DNA from: Octopus vulgaris | Taxonomy: Eukaryota | Reading direction: 5' to 3' | NCBI GenBank assembly: GCA_951406725.2 | Contig: OX597817.1 | Span: 83,018,001 to 83,082,000, forward strand | DNA: 64,000 bases | Part shown: positions 1-13,279 of the stretch, piece after piece | Position numbering within the stretch: the first letter of the stretch is position 1 | How the letters are laid out: the number at the start of each line of letters is the position of its first letter | Notes under the pieces: generated by a model | What the model was told of the DNA's origin: nothing | Seen by the model: only the letters and a program-made list of their open reading frames with translations | Database searches by the model: none | Translations under genes and position numbers: made by a program

Positions 1-229
1 GCGGCTTTCTTTATATAATGTACCCATTTAAATAATGTTATTATCACTACTCCTTAATAAGATTTTGCATAAATGGGAAATCTTCCAAATATATGTACGT
101 TTTTCCATTGGAAACATGTAGATATGGAGATAATGATGTTTCTTCCAAGAAGTAAATCCCATAAATAACCAACTATGATGTTGTTTAGTTTCTTGTGCTA
201 TGCAGATGTATATTTTGTATGAAATTCAG

Positions 230-713
230 TTCAGCGGAGTGAATGTGGTGATTCATGTGATAAGTGTCCGGAGAATTAGCAACTCTAAAGTAGCATGGAC
301 AATTTAGGGATTGTTGAAATGGAAAAACTGCATTTTCCCATTTATTTCATTTTTAAGAAGGACACAAACATCGAAATTGAAATCATGTACAAGTGGAAAT
401 ATAAACCACCCGGTGAACTTAATGTATTTGTATTCACCGAAGTGTCATTAACTTTGGAATATTTGAAAGTACAAAATGACAGATTGCGATATAAATGGTT
501 ACAATAGTAATACAGTTTTTTTTTTAAGAATCGGATAAATGGAAACTTGCCAAACATCTTACGTTGACTATCATTCCATACACAACCAGATATAAACTTA
601 ACGGAGCACCGCAAACGTATGAAGTTTGTATCCGTTCCGTCCAAAACTCAATTTCTAACAGCAATGCATTAGTAGATTTAATTGAGACGATGCATTATAT
701 CTACGCCAATTAA
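230..713 (+). pseudogene. Possible decayed intronless fragment of an EGF-like/fibronectin type III extracellular protein
   Basis: Manual translation across stops and frameshifts gives ECGDSCDKCPEN (Cys-rich), KPPGELNVFVFTEVSLTLEY (resembles the FN3 start PPxNLxVxxxTxxSLxLxW) and YKLNGAPQTYEVCIRSV (resembles the FN3 Y-x-L-x-G-L-x-P-x-T-x-Y-E-V motif). This is motif resemblance only. Confidence 0.35.
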
Positions 714-937
714 CACCAAGATATTTTAGAAAATCTTCTCAGATTAATAGCGTTTAGGTTTTTGATATAATTTGAAGATATAAACAAATAATATGGTGTC
801 TAAGAAAAGATACAATTGAAAATTTAAGTTAAACATGAATCTACGTAGGCTGCTGATAGCTGGATAATATTACTTTCATTTTACAGTTAATATAACACAT
901 AGAAGCATGCACCCAAACGTGCACACAGGCGTGAGCT

Positions 938-938
938 C

Positions 939-995
<57 letters not shown>

Positions 996-1391
996 CAAAC
1001 ACACACCCACACATACACATATGCATAAAAATGCAAATCAGATTGTCTGCTGCTAATGCTTTCTTCAAGGTGCATTAACAGCGTGAAAACTATAAAATAG
1101 TTTACGGGGAATGGAAACATGGAGGTAGTTTAGGATTACCGTATGAAAAATAAGATTTGAATAAAAGCCTGATAAAAATGTATTCGAATGAATAAAAATA
1201 AAACAAATAATGACTAAACTTGCCACTTATCATGAATATTCGATTTCCCGCTGAATTCATTCCCGTTTGGTGTAATTACAGCAAGTTAGCCTAGTGAAAC
1301 CCAAAATGTGTGAAAAGGAAAATAAGAGACGAGAAAATAAGTTGCACATGCGATCACACACAAACACCAATTTACACACACACACGCACAC

Positions 1392-1444
<53 letters not shown>
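938..1444. repeat. (CA)n microsatellites (938-1020, 1355-1444)
   Basis: Direct reading. Confidence 0.95.
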
Positions 1445-1448
<4 letters not shown>

Positions 1449-1688
1449 TATAATATAAAAAGATTGAATGAACAGGAGTTAATCCAGATCACTACGTTTC
1501 TGTGCATTAGCGCATTTGTATCAGTTTGCAATTGCTGAGTGTTTCGCATATTATACACATCATTGCGTGTAGCTGCATGTCTTCACCTTGGTGAGTTTGA
1601 GAGCAATGCTGGGTCACCAATAGTTTCTCATTGCTTTATCCCCATTTTACTTTTGAGTAAATAAATGATCGATATAACATTAAATGGA

Positions 1689-1810
1689 GGCGCAATGGCC
1701 CAGTGGTTATTGAGCAAAAACACCTAAAGCTCCACGAGGCTCCGGCAGAGAGTGGTAGCGACCCCTGTTGTACTCTTTCGCTCCAACTTTCTCTCACTCG
1801 TTATTCCTGT
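1689..1810 (+). mobile_element. Truncated, internally deleted copy of the tRNA-derived SINE at 8629
   Basis: ggcgcaatggcccagtggtta head and cacctaaagctccacgaggctccggcag match 8629-8810. Confidence 0.85.
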
Positions 1811-2191
1811 TAGTTGTTAAAATGTAACCTCAGATTTTAGCAGTGCTTTCAAAGCTACTCACATGAAGACGTGCAGGAACACAGCTGTTGTTGGATAATA
1901 TTAATGTAATAATACGTATAATATGTAAAACCCTCGGAAGTTACCGCTCATACTAATGCACAGAACCAAGAATTAAAATTTGGATTAAAGCTTATTCATT
2001 CCATCTTTTGTACTAAAATACCTTTGTATAATTTCAATGGATATTAACGAATTTCTACATGTATATTCAGTAAAAGGAGAATTCCTGCTGTATGATATCA
2101 TTTGACAGCTGATATCGATGAAGGAGCTTTGGAAAGCTCGCTATAGGGTTACTACTATGATGAAAACATTAAATATACTTATACATATAAT

Positions 2192-2460
2192 TACAAAGGG
2201 AAGTCAAAATTATCGGCACTTTCGCCATATCCTTATTATTGTCCATTACCCTTCACGCATGCTTCTTTATAATTGGTACTACTATGGTCACGTGATCGAA
2301 GTTTGAGTCTGACTGTGTCATTTTTCTTTCTGACTATTGGAGCCCCATACTTACAGTGTGAGTATGGTCGCTCCATTAGCGATGTGCGCCAAAGAAGAAC
2401 AAAGTGCAGTGATCCGAGAGATGGTAATGGTGAACCGGTTCAAATTTTTACATGTATTTT
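2192..2460 (+). mobile_element. Mariner-like remnant (TIR-like start plus transposase N-terminus)
   Basis: tacaaagggaagtcaaaattatcggcact resembles a mariner TIR. MCAKEEQSAVIR resembles the mariner N-terminal EQRxVIRF motif. Confidence 0.45.
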
Positions 2461-2734
2461 TTCAATTTTTCCTTTTTAATTATACGAATGTATATGTGTG
2501 TGAGTATATGTATATGTGTGTGCTTGTGTACATATGTGAATGCCTATATGTATGTATATGAGTGGAAGACTGTCCAGTGCATAGGTGGGACTTTCAGGCA
2601 CATATCCCCTTCATTTATACCGATATGCATATGTTTGTATATATGTAGGTGTGTGATAGGAGGATGTATATGTATATATTTATATGCACATATATGAGAC
2701 ACGTATATGCGGGAGCGTGAATGTATGGTTATAT

Positions 2735-3648
2735 ATATGTATATATATAAAACTGTAGTTGTGTGAGTGTCTGTCCCCTTCGATTTAGATTCCTAACTAC
2801 TCCCACATTTTTCGGTGCAGTTTAACCAAATTCGGGTATCTTATAGTCGTAATTCATATCGAGCCCGTCTGAGTATTAGCGCGCGTCTACGATGAGTCTA
2901 CGATTTTAAAAATAATTTAACATCATTTTTTATTCCATTTTAATGCATAATTTTTCGTGTGTCGATGGCGGCGGAGTTGGCGTCCATGGTCACACCTGCA
3001 CCTGTTTGCTTCTCCCCTTCTTCCCTCCCTCGTGAAGCTGTGGGGAAGGGAGTGTAAGGAAATCAACGTCGTAAAGCGTTGTCAAGGAGACCAGCGTTCT
3101 TTTAGAACAACGACTTCATGGCTTGAAGACACCAAAACAGAAATGGCTAAGAAAGCCCGAATTGGCATCTATAAGGGAAATAACTCTCTAAAAATGCTTA
3201 CATAGTTATTTCCCTTACAAACCCGAGCAACGCCGGGCGATACTGCTAGTCTTTATATATAAAAGTGAAGTTGTGTGTCTGTCTCCTACGATTTAGATTC
3301 CTAACTACTCCCACATTTTGCGGTGCAGTTTAACCAAAACCGGGTATCTTATAGTCGTGATTCATATCGAGCCCTTCTGGGTATTAGCGCGCGTCTACGA
3401 TGAGTCTACGATTTTAAAAAATATTTACCATAATTTTTTCCATTTTAATGCATTTTTTCGCTATTATATAAGGGAAGTAACTCTCTAAAAATGACTACGA
3501 TGTGTCAACGATTTAAAAAAAAATTGACCATAATTTTTTTTTCCATTTTTAATGCATTTTTTTGCTATTTTTTGGCTATAACTCTCTAAAAATGCTTATA
3601 TAGTTATTTCCCTTACAAACCCGAGCAACGCCGCGCGATACTGCTAGT
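2735..3648 (+). mobile_element. Two tandem non-autonomous Helitron-like elements (2735-3250, 3251-3648)
   Basis: Both share a 5' block (gatttagattcctaactactcccacatttt) and end in the hairpin cccgagcaacgccgggcg followed by atactgCTAGt, the Helitron-type 3' signature. Confidence 0.75.
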
Positions 3649-3725
3649 ATATATATATACTTATATGTATGCATGCAGACACCTCTGTGTATATGAGGAG
3701 GAAGTTGGTTCCATACATACATACA

Positions 3726-3758
<33 letters not shown>

Positions 3759-3961
3759 GTATATATATACATAAATTTGTGCGTGTGTGTGAGTGTGTGG
3801 ATATATGTTTTTCTTTCTACCTGTTAGAGGGACTTCCTATTATTCAATGGTTTTTCATCGCGTGTATTGCCATTAATATCCGACGCGAATGCGTCGTAGC
3901 TCTTCGCTCCGACATTCGAAATTCCGCGTAATATAATGACAACTTGCTGATTTCCTAAATG

Positions 3962-4007
<46 letters not shown>

Positions 4008-4047
4008 GAAAATAAGTTTGAAAATGCAATTTTAAAGATGTTTATTC

Positions 4048-4089
4048 ACTTGACCGGTTTCACTTTTTTAGAAAAAGATTGTCAAAAGT
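4048..4089 (-). ncRNA. Decayed hammerhead-like motif in a (TA)n-flanked unit
   Basis: Minus strand: actt-TTGACAA-tctttttc/taaaaaagt-GAAA-ccgg-TC-aagt. Two mismatches in the CUGANGA box. Confidence 0.4.
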
Positions 4090-4272
4090 AAAATGTAAAG
4101 CTTTGTATAAGCTTTGTTGTGTTAAGTACTGGTTGTCACAAAAGTATTAAAATACAGATATACATTCTTTGATAATAATACAAGAATATTAAAAACAGTT
4201 TACAAGAAAGTTTTTAAGAAAATATTCAACAAAAGGTATTAAGAGTTCAATAAAAATCATGTTTGTTTGGTA

Positions 4273-4319
<47 letters not shown>

Positions 4320-4324
<5 letters not shown>

Positions 4325-4481
4325 TTCCGTGTGTATGTTTAGTGGTAACATAGGTAGATATTTTTATCACTTAGATGTTTATTCCAATCTTTAACTCTAC
4401 AAACCCTTAAAGATTGGAATAAACATCTAAGTGATAAAAATATCTACCTATGTTACCACTAGCCATACACATGGAAGTATA
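4320..4481. repeat. Fold-back inverted repeat with ~55 bp perfect arms and a 12 bp spacer, next to (TA)n
   Basis: tagtggtaacataggtagatatttttatcacttagatgtttattccaatctttaa and its exact reverse complement. Confidence 0.95.
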
Positions 4482-4825
4482 TTATATTCATAGGTTACAG
4501 GCAATGACAGAGATAAACAAGAGTTTATCAGGAATCAAATTTGCAGTACACAGAAAATGGAGAAATATTAAGCAACAACAAGTTACTAACATCAATTATT
4601 ACTTTTTAATAAAACAGACTGCATCCCATCTAACAGCCGTTTCTGCTTCCAATGTTCTACGTTATTGCCATTGAAAATTCTGAAAATATTTCATCGTATT
4701 TCGTAACACATCCGATCTAGAACATCGAGCTTCATCAGAGTGAGGAAAAATACATAGGAGAAAAAAAACACTTTTCAAGAGAAAGTGGGAGTTTACAGGG
4801 ATTTTGAAGTTTGCCTCGCTCGCCT

Positions 4826-4950
4826 TCATCATCATTATCATCATCGTCTTCGTCATCGTCGTCATCATCATCATCATCATCATCATCGTCTTCGTCATCG
4901 CCGTCATCATCATCATCATCATCATCATCATCTTCATCATCGTCATCATC
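4826..4950. repeat. (ATC)n microsatellite
   Basis: Direct reading. It explains the poly-M/D/S/I ORFs. Confidence 0.95.
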
Positions 4951-6748
4951 AGCTGTAAGTATGTGTGTAAGATGCATGTCTCGGACTATCTAAAGGAAAA
5001 TGTTTACTTCCATATGCATACAATTATTAAGTAGTTTAAATGAAACATGAATACATTTTAAAGCAACCTTATTTTATATTTCACATTTTCTACCTTATTT
5101 CATTCGTATTACTGAGGATAGACCAACTAACATTCCATAGCGTGTATTCTTTACAGGACAAACCAATCAGGTGATGTACTTTTAATAGAAAATGAATTCA
5201 GTCAGGGATAAAAAAATAAGGTAACGCGAGGCTAATTAATGCGAAATACTTATGAACATCGTCAGTGTTATTTAATAGTTTACAATCTTTGTGTTGAATG
5301 AATACGAACCTCCATCCTTTCGGTTGTTAATTTATTCTATCGATTTCACCACCCTACAAAATATAGCCTGCTAGCAATTTGAAAGCAGAATCACTAGAGT
5401 GCCAAACAAAATATGTCCTTGTGTTTAGTTATCTGAGTTGAAATACACTTTCTGAGTTCAAACATGGCCCAGGGTTAGTATTCTTATTCCATCGTCCATG
5501 AAATATCTGTATGCCCAAATTAAACATTGAACATATATAGTTACATTCATAAGTCCCCCAAGATATATGGCACCACACTCTTTTCGGCACAATGGTGCAC
5601 ATGGTAAAAATTATGATAGCTAAGTATAAGGGTCACTGGTTTTGATTAACTTCTCTGTAAATTATGAACCGCTGTCATTACTAGTATGTGTTATTTAGAC
5701 GATTGACTGACTGGCGAAAATTGCCTTGCGGTATATCTTACAGTTTTAAATTCTGAGTTCAAATACCTAAGACGCCAACATTCCATTTCAGTCTTTCTAG
5801 GTCGAGTACTGGAACCAATATAATCAATAAGTATCCTTTCCATAAAATTTCATTTCTTGTGTTTGCATTAAAAACAATTATTTTTATTATAATTATAATG
5901 ATTGTAGCGAAGGCAGCGTGATGGGATAATCGTTTACACACCGGGTAAAAATACTTAATAACATTGTTTGTGGCTCTTTATTCTCTGAGTTCAAATTTTA
6001 CCGAGCTCGACTTTGCCTTTCGCCCCATCCGGGCCGATAATATAAATACTAGTTAAACACTGAGGTAGATATAATCGACTTATCCCCTTGCCTTAAAATT
6101 GTTGGCATTTTTTTTTTGTTTGAATTTCTTTATATAAACACCAGTATATATTTGCGGGAATGAGACATTTTGGTGCGGCCGTTTCACCTCACCAATTGGC
6201 GTGATTCAGCTCTGATTTATTTGATAACTGAAATTTTGATTTCGGGATATTTTGACAATGTGAAGTCTTTGTTTTTATTATAATTGAAAACTAAATTGTA
6301 ATCACAACGGGAAAACTATTCAACTACGAAATTTTTCTCGGAATTTTGCTTCACTTTATGTATATGAAAGTTGGTGAAATTTTGACGGAACATGTAAAAG
6401 AAAATCTTTCTCACAATAAATTTCTATAATTTTGCAACGAAATTAATTTTTTAGTGGACAAAAAAATCAAAGTCAGAGAATTAGAAAAATACAGTAATTT
6501 TAAAATGACCACAATTTCAATAGATACCTCGTTCCCGTTTTCCCCCCTCTCACCCCATATCTCTCTCACTCATGCACACTGTATTGTGAAGAAATGACGT
6601 ATTTTTAGCATTCGGGGTAATATAATACATTATAATTTTTCTCTCGTTCTTTCTCATCCTCTTTGTATTTATTTGTGTGAGCCTATTTCGCTTTATGTGC
6701 ATGACGATAACAAAGTGTTTATGTAAATGGGGTTCAAGTAAGAAATTG

Positions 6749-6797
<49 letters not shown>

Positions 6798-8349
6798 TCT
6801 CTCTCTCTGACTCTATATTATTAATAGTACAACGCACGCACATGCATTTGTGCCCTGTGCCAGAACGCACTGTTATATAAAAAACAAAACAAAACAAAAA
6901 ACATATCGCCAACACAGCTGTGCCAAACAGCAGCGCTCAATTGGCTCGTTCTGTATATGTTCGTTCTTTTACGTTCTGAATTTAAATCCCATCGAAGTGA
7001 ACTTTACCTGTCATTCTCCCGGAATCGATAAAATAATGCAGTGGTAAAATAATGGGGCTACATTCATTCATTTATTCCTATAATACACACTGAGTGTTAA
7101 TGAGTTAATAATGGCAGAAGAAAATAACTGCTGCATGATTTACCGATACCGTAATTATGAAAATTGACTCCGGTTACATTTTAACTTATTTAAAAGGACC
7201 CAGCTACATAGCAAAAGGTATTATTCCGTCACTTTCCCGATTCTGTCAGTTTGCCGTAGTCATGAGATTATATATTAATATAAGACCAACAATTTCGAGG
7301 AGAGGAGTAAGTCAATAACATCAACTCCAATGCTCAACTGGTACTTATTTTATCGACCCCGAAAGGTAAAGTCGACCTCGGTGTAGTTTGAACTCAGAAT
7401 GTAAAGAGCCGGAAGAAATGTTGCTAAGCATTTTGTCCATCTCGCTAACGATTCTACCAGGTCGCCACCTTTTTGAGATGATATATTAATATAGATTTAG
7501 TTTTAATTCGAAACTGATTTCAGTTTCTTATACATGAAAGAAATCTTTACATTAAATTGTACATTATTGAACTTTTGGGTTGCTTATATTAGGACGACCA
7601 ATATATTTCAATTCACAGAACTCAATGGGTCACCTCTTATATGATTTTATTCTATGCTTGTTTTTATTAATCTTCATTCGACACGAATATATTACACTAG
7701 GATTTATTGAGTTCTAGTAATATAATATAAAAAAATATCACGTTATTTTCTCCAGTTTGTTATTTATTTAATAATATCTTTGTTGTGATTAAATCTGAGC
7801 AAAGGATAGAGTAAATGAATGAAGGGAAAAGTAGAATAATATGACAAAAATAAAATATCTTCAATATTTTGCTTTCGATTAAAGAAGAACCTGTGTCATT
7901 TATTTAAATATATACGACGAGTAAACCTCCCCCCCCCCCACCATCCAATGGATGGTTTTGAGTTGTCAAACATTTAAACCAAATTTTCTCAAAACAACAT
8001 GTCCGACCGTCTCATAGGCCTCCCCTTTGAGAAACGCTGATTTAACCTAAATTTGAGACATCGAAGAGTTAAAAGTACCAGTAATGAAAAGGCTGTTGAC
8101 TGGGAGAACACAAGCATGGTTTAAACAGTAAGCAGGAAAGAAACGAAGGTAAGGCAAAATAATTTCCGACAGACAGAACGGATTTTATATAACAGATATG
8201 AAATCAAGTGCAGTTTTCGTTAAAACATAGAAAACAATCAAATTAAAAGCATTAAAATCAATAAAGAAAGTATTAGAAGTAAATAAGTATATTTAGTGAA
8301 AATGAAAGGACGTACGTGTCTCTGGTCATGTCATATATATATATATATG

Positions 8350-8560
8350 TATGACCCAAAAGTAGGTTCACAGTTATTACGTAGCCTCTTTAACTTTCTT
8401 TTAAAACTTTTTATTACATTTAAATTTCTATCTTACTATTAACTAAATTAGCATAGAATAATGGTTTCATATTTTTTGTAATTAAAATGTAAACTGTTAG
8501 AATATGAATGCGAAAGAGATAGTTTAATATAACTAAAAAACTACTTTTGGGTCACCCTGT
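8350..8560. mobile_element. Tc1/mariner-type MITE remnant
   Basis: Inverted termini tgacccaaaagtag / ctacttttgggtcaccctg. Confidence 0.55.
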
Positions 8561-8628
8561 GTGTGTGTGTGTGTGTGTGCGTGCGTGTGTGTGTGTGCGT
8601 GCGCGTGTGTGAGTATACGCATGTGTGA

Positions 8629-8993
8629 GGCGCAATGGCCCAGTGCATAAGGCAGCGGATTCGCGGTCTGTCGATTCCCAAACCGGGCGTTGTCAGTGTT
8701 TATTGAGCGAAAATACTTAAAGCTCCACAAGGCTCTGGCAGGGGCGGGCGTGGCGAACACTGCTGTAATCTTTCACCACAACTTTCTCTCACTCTTTCTT
8801 CCCGTTTCTGTTCTACCTGTATTTCGAAGGACCAGTCTTGTCATACTCTGTGTCACGCTGAATCTCCCCGAGAACTACATTTAGGGTACACGTGTCTGTG
8901 GAGTGCTCAGCCACTTGTACGTTAATTTCACGAGCAGGCTGTTCAGTTAATCGGATCAACTGGAACCCTCGTCGTCGTAACCGACGGTGTGCC
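8629..8993 (+). mobile_element. Near-full-length tRNA-derived SINE with a Deu/Nin-like central domain
   Basis: A-box-like tggcccagtg, B-box-like tcgattccc, and central gtggagtgctcagccacttgtacgttaatttcacgagc. Confidence 0.8.
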
Positions 8994-9084
8994 ACGAATA
9001 TATATATCTTTACAAAACCACAAACGCACACATAAATGCAAAAACACTTTGGCTCACGCACTGACACACACAGATGCGTGTGTG

Positions 9085-9145
<61 letters not shown>

Positions 9146-9146
<1 letters not shown>

Positions 9147-9276
9147 ATATTAATTCGAGACAAAACCACTATTTTGTAAAACAAACAAGGAAAGACTTAA
9201 TCAATAGATAAAATTTTTAATCCTACATCTGATTTTTTCCCTGTAAATTTGGATTTATTCCCTAATATTTATTATG

Positions 9277-9307
<31 letters not shown>

Positions 9308-9540
9308 ATAAGGGTAGAAATTGATATTAATCAATTAAAACCAGTGGCCTAGCATATTTTTAAAAAGTCCGGAGATAAAAAATGTTTACATACAAAATTT
9401 AGAGGAGTGACCAATAAAAAAATATGGACAGCTTATATGCTAGATATAGACGTCAAAATCGCCATTTTCCACGAAGAATGTGTTCTCAAGAATAAAAAAA
9501 TTCAGCAAAAGAATTATTTATTTATATATATATATATTAT
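9146..9540. mobile_element. (TA)n-embedded terminal fragments of the same families as the ribozyme-bearing units at 41003 and 54180
   Basis: gagacaaaaccactattttgtaaaacaaacaaggaaagacttaatcaat matches 41018-41065. taagggtagaaattgatatt...aaaaccagtgg matches 54577-54615. atgctagatatagacgtcaaa matches 54193. Confidence 0.8.
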
Positions 9541-9596
9541 AAACATATGTGCACGTCTGCATTTATATATTTATATATTATACATACATACATAAA

Positions 9597-10075
9597 CTTC
9601 ACCATCAAGAGAAATGTAGGTAGGCTATACTTCAAACGCAAGGGTGGTCGCTGTGGTCTTAAATATCTTTTGATGTCATATGAAACACGTATGGTGGTAC
9701 GGAAACTATACCAGCAGCAGAGGAAAGAAGTCAGTATTGTTTGAAGCAAAGTTTGCGAGTACGAAATCAACAACATATTTCGGATATCTAATGAACTTGA
9801 AGTCATGAAATATGAAGTGATATTTATCTCTCCCCAAGGAACATTGGTAAATTCTGTTTATCAAAACAACAAAATAATACAATAGACGAGATCATTTAGT
9901 GTTTGAGTGTTTGGCACGATAGACGTAAGCCCAGATGGTAATAGATCATAACAATTGCTTGGGCTTGGCGTGGACTACCAACAATTTTATGACATCTCAC
10001 TTTTAAGGCCACCTATGTATAATTCAAAATCAAGAGATTCCCGCGACAGTAAACCTTGACAGACAACAAATGTAG
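9597..10075 (+). mobile_element. Decayed fragment of an R4/Dong-like non-LTR retrotransposon
   Basis: NVGRLYFKRKGGRCGL corresponds to RLYLxRxxGGRGL, the same region as 55500. It follows a (TACA)n run. Confidence 0.65.
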
Positions 10076-10299
10076 GCTGTGTCTTGTGAATATTGGTTTA
10101 TAAAGCCAAGAATTTTCGGTGGAGGGGATAAGTCGATTACGTTAACCCCAGTGTACAATGGATACTTGTTTTATCTACACCTGAAAGATAAAAGACAAAG
10201 TCGACTTGAAGATTCAGAACGTGAAGACGAGCGAAATGCTGTTAAGCATTTTGCGCAGCGGGCTTACGATTCTTCCCGCTCGCCGCCTTTTGATAAATA

Positions 10300-10878
10300 C
10301 TGATTTGAGAATTTGAAAGAAGGCCAGCAATTTAGGGGGAGGCTAAGTAGCTTTCATCGACCCGTTTGATCATCTGGAACTTATTTTATCGACCTCCAAA
10401 GAAGGAAAGGCAGAGTCAACCTCGACTGAATTTGAACGCAGAAGGTAAAGACGGACGGGATACCTATTTCTTTACTACCCACAAGGGGCTAAACACAGAG
10501 AGGACAAACAAGGACAGACAAACGGATTAAGTCGATTACATCGATCCCAGTGCGTAACTGGTACTTAATTAATCGACCCCAAAAGGATGAAAGGCAAAGT
10601 CGACCTCGGCGGAATTTGAACTCAGAACGTAGCGGCAGACGAAATACCTATTTCTTTACTAACCATAAGGGGCTAAACACAGATGGGACAAACATGGATA
10701 GACAAAGTGATTAAGTCGATTGCATCGACCCCAGTGCGTAACTAGTACTTTATTTATCGACTCCGAAAGGATGAAAGGCAAAGTCGACCTTGGCGGAATT
10801 TGAATTCAGAACGTAAAGGCAGACGAAATACGGCTACGCATTTCGCCCGGCGTGCTAACGTTTCTGCCAGCTCGTCGT
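10300..10878 (-). mobile_element. Octopus-type tRNA-derived SINE with tandem internal duplication
   Basis: Reverse complement of the 13903 element. The block ggatgaaaggcaaagtcgacctcggcggaatttgaactcagaacg recurs three times. Confidence 0.9.
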
Positions 10879-11599
10879 GTAGTTTTATGTAAAATATTGA
10901 TGACTAGTTAGGTGAACGATTACGCAATTACAATTATTTTCCAAATTGAATATAAAGCAATTGAGAAATATGGAAAGGAAACTGGTGTGTGTATATGTAT
11001 TTAGATATGTATATGTGTAACTATATCAATGGCTATGTATTCGTCAAAATTTGATAATTTTATAAAGTGGAAAGTAGTAAGGTAGTTCATTTATATATTT
11101 ATTTTTATATCTGCGTCAATCCATGAGTATCTATAACGTAAATATGATATTGATGTCACTTGCACACTAAATGTAAAGGTTAGAATCGATTTATTATGTA
11201 ATTATCGGAACTGTCTTACGAGCTTGCAACCCCGCGGGTGGTATTCTGTTAGCGTATGTATATGTGTGTGTATGTATGTACGCACGTACACATACACAGA
11301 CATATATAAGGAAACATATATAAGCAGAAAGGGGAAAATGAATAGATAGATATAAAGATATATACATATGTTTGTATATCTGCATGTGTGCATACTGAGT
11401 GACAGAAAGAAAATAGATGGGTAGACATGCACAGAGGCAGACAGTTAGATTGATGAACGTGTGGATGGATGGATGGATGGAGAGAGTAGAGCTAGTATAT
11501 CGTTTCTCAGTTGAAATGATTTTTGAAGTTGCAAGTCAAAGAATAACAAACATATAATGTAATTTCCATAAATATAGCCCGTCAGGGAAACAGTATTAT

Positions 11600-11990
11600 T
11601 ATTTGGTTTTCTTCTATTTGCTTCAGTCATTTGACTGCAGCCATGCTCGAGCACCACCTTGATGGGTTTTAGTCGAACAAATCGACCCCAAGACTTATTC
11701 TTTTTAAGCCTAGTACTTATTCTATCGATCCTTTTTGTCGAGCTGCTACATTACGGGGCCATAAACACACCAGCATCCGTTGTCAAGCTATGGCAGGGAG
11801 ACAGACGCACACACGTATACGATGGGCTTCTTTCAGTTTTTATCTACCAAATCCACTCGCAGGGCTTTGGTCGTCCCGAGGATACAGTAGAAGACACTTG
11901 CCCGAGCTTATACAAGAGGTGCCACAGAGTGGGGATGAACCATGTGGTTGGGGATCAAGCTTCTTACCACACAGCCATGCTTGCGCCTAT
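11600..11990 (-). mobile_element. CORE-type tRNA-derived SINE
   Basis: Reverse-complement homology to 63447-63865 (agaagacacttgccc, ccaaatccactc). Confidence 0.8.
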
Positions 11991-12215
11991 GCATTATGTG
12001 TGTAGGCGTGGCTGTGTGCGTGTGAGTGTAGGTCTGGTTGTGTGTTATGAAGTTTGCTTCCCTAGCACTTGATTCAGTTCCACTGCGTGGCACCTTGAGC
12101 AAGTATTACATTATAGCAAGCGGATCGACCAAGGCCTTATGAGTAGATTTGAAAGACGACGATGAAAAAAGACCGTAACCCCGCCGTGTGTATATATTTA
12201 AACATACATACATAC

Positions 12216-12262
<47 letters not shown>

Positions 12263-13242
12263 CATACAGATACAAAGACACACACATACACACATAAGTT
12301 ATGTAGACAGGGTTATAATTCAAGATGTGTCCTCTTGAAGCAAATCTGCTTATACTCGAACTTCAAAGCTGTATGTGGATGCTTTATTTGTGGAAGTTAT
12401 GCATAAGAGTTGAAAATTCTGGGAAGTATTGTAGCAGAGTACATACATATCAAGATAGGTGATTGGGGAAAAAAAGTATTGGTAGTATTATTCACTATTG
12501 CACATGTTTCATATGTTAATTAAAGTTACAAAATTGTGCATGTAGGAGAAATTCTTCAGTAGAAACTGAAATTATATTGGTTTCAAATTTTGGCACAAGC
12601 CCCAGCAGTTTTGGTGAGCGGGTAAATTGGTTTCATCGAGGCCATTGCTCAAATGGCTTATATTTTATCGACCTCGAAAGTATGGAAGGCAAAGTCTACA
12701 TGGGCGGAATTTGAAATCTAAACGTAAAGGGTTACGAAATGCCGATAAGTATTTTGCCCGGCGTGATAACCATTCTGTCAGCTCACCGCCTTATACAGAA
12801 TCATATAATGTTATTACTTGATTATCTGTTTGAAGAACTTCTATTAGGAGATACCTTTCATGTTTATCCTACAATTTTATAACTCCTATTAGCAAACGGA
12901 AGACTTGTAATGGTGAATAGATAATACACAAATTTTTCCAATGTCCTCTTTTAAAGTATGAGTGTGTGTGTTTGTGTGTGTATGTGTCCGTGTGTTTATC
13001 TGTGCGTGTGTGCGCGTGTCTTTGTGTTTGTGAATGCCCAACACCACCATTGTGCAGCCGTTACTGGTTTGTTTACAACCCCATAACTTTGTGGTTCGTA
13101 TGAAAACGATAGAATAAGTATCAAGCTTAAAAGAAGTAAGTCCTGGCGTTGATTCGTGCAACTTAACCCTCCAAGACGGGGTCACAGCATGACCGCAATC
13201 CTATGACTGGAACGATCAAAAGATAAAACATACACTCACGTA

Positions 13243-13279
<37 letters not shown>

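Noticed and set aside
4695-4745. Minus-strand CTGATGA...GAAA
   Set aside because: Stem I and stem II do not pair convincingly
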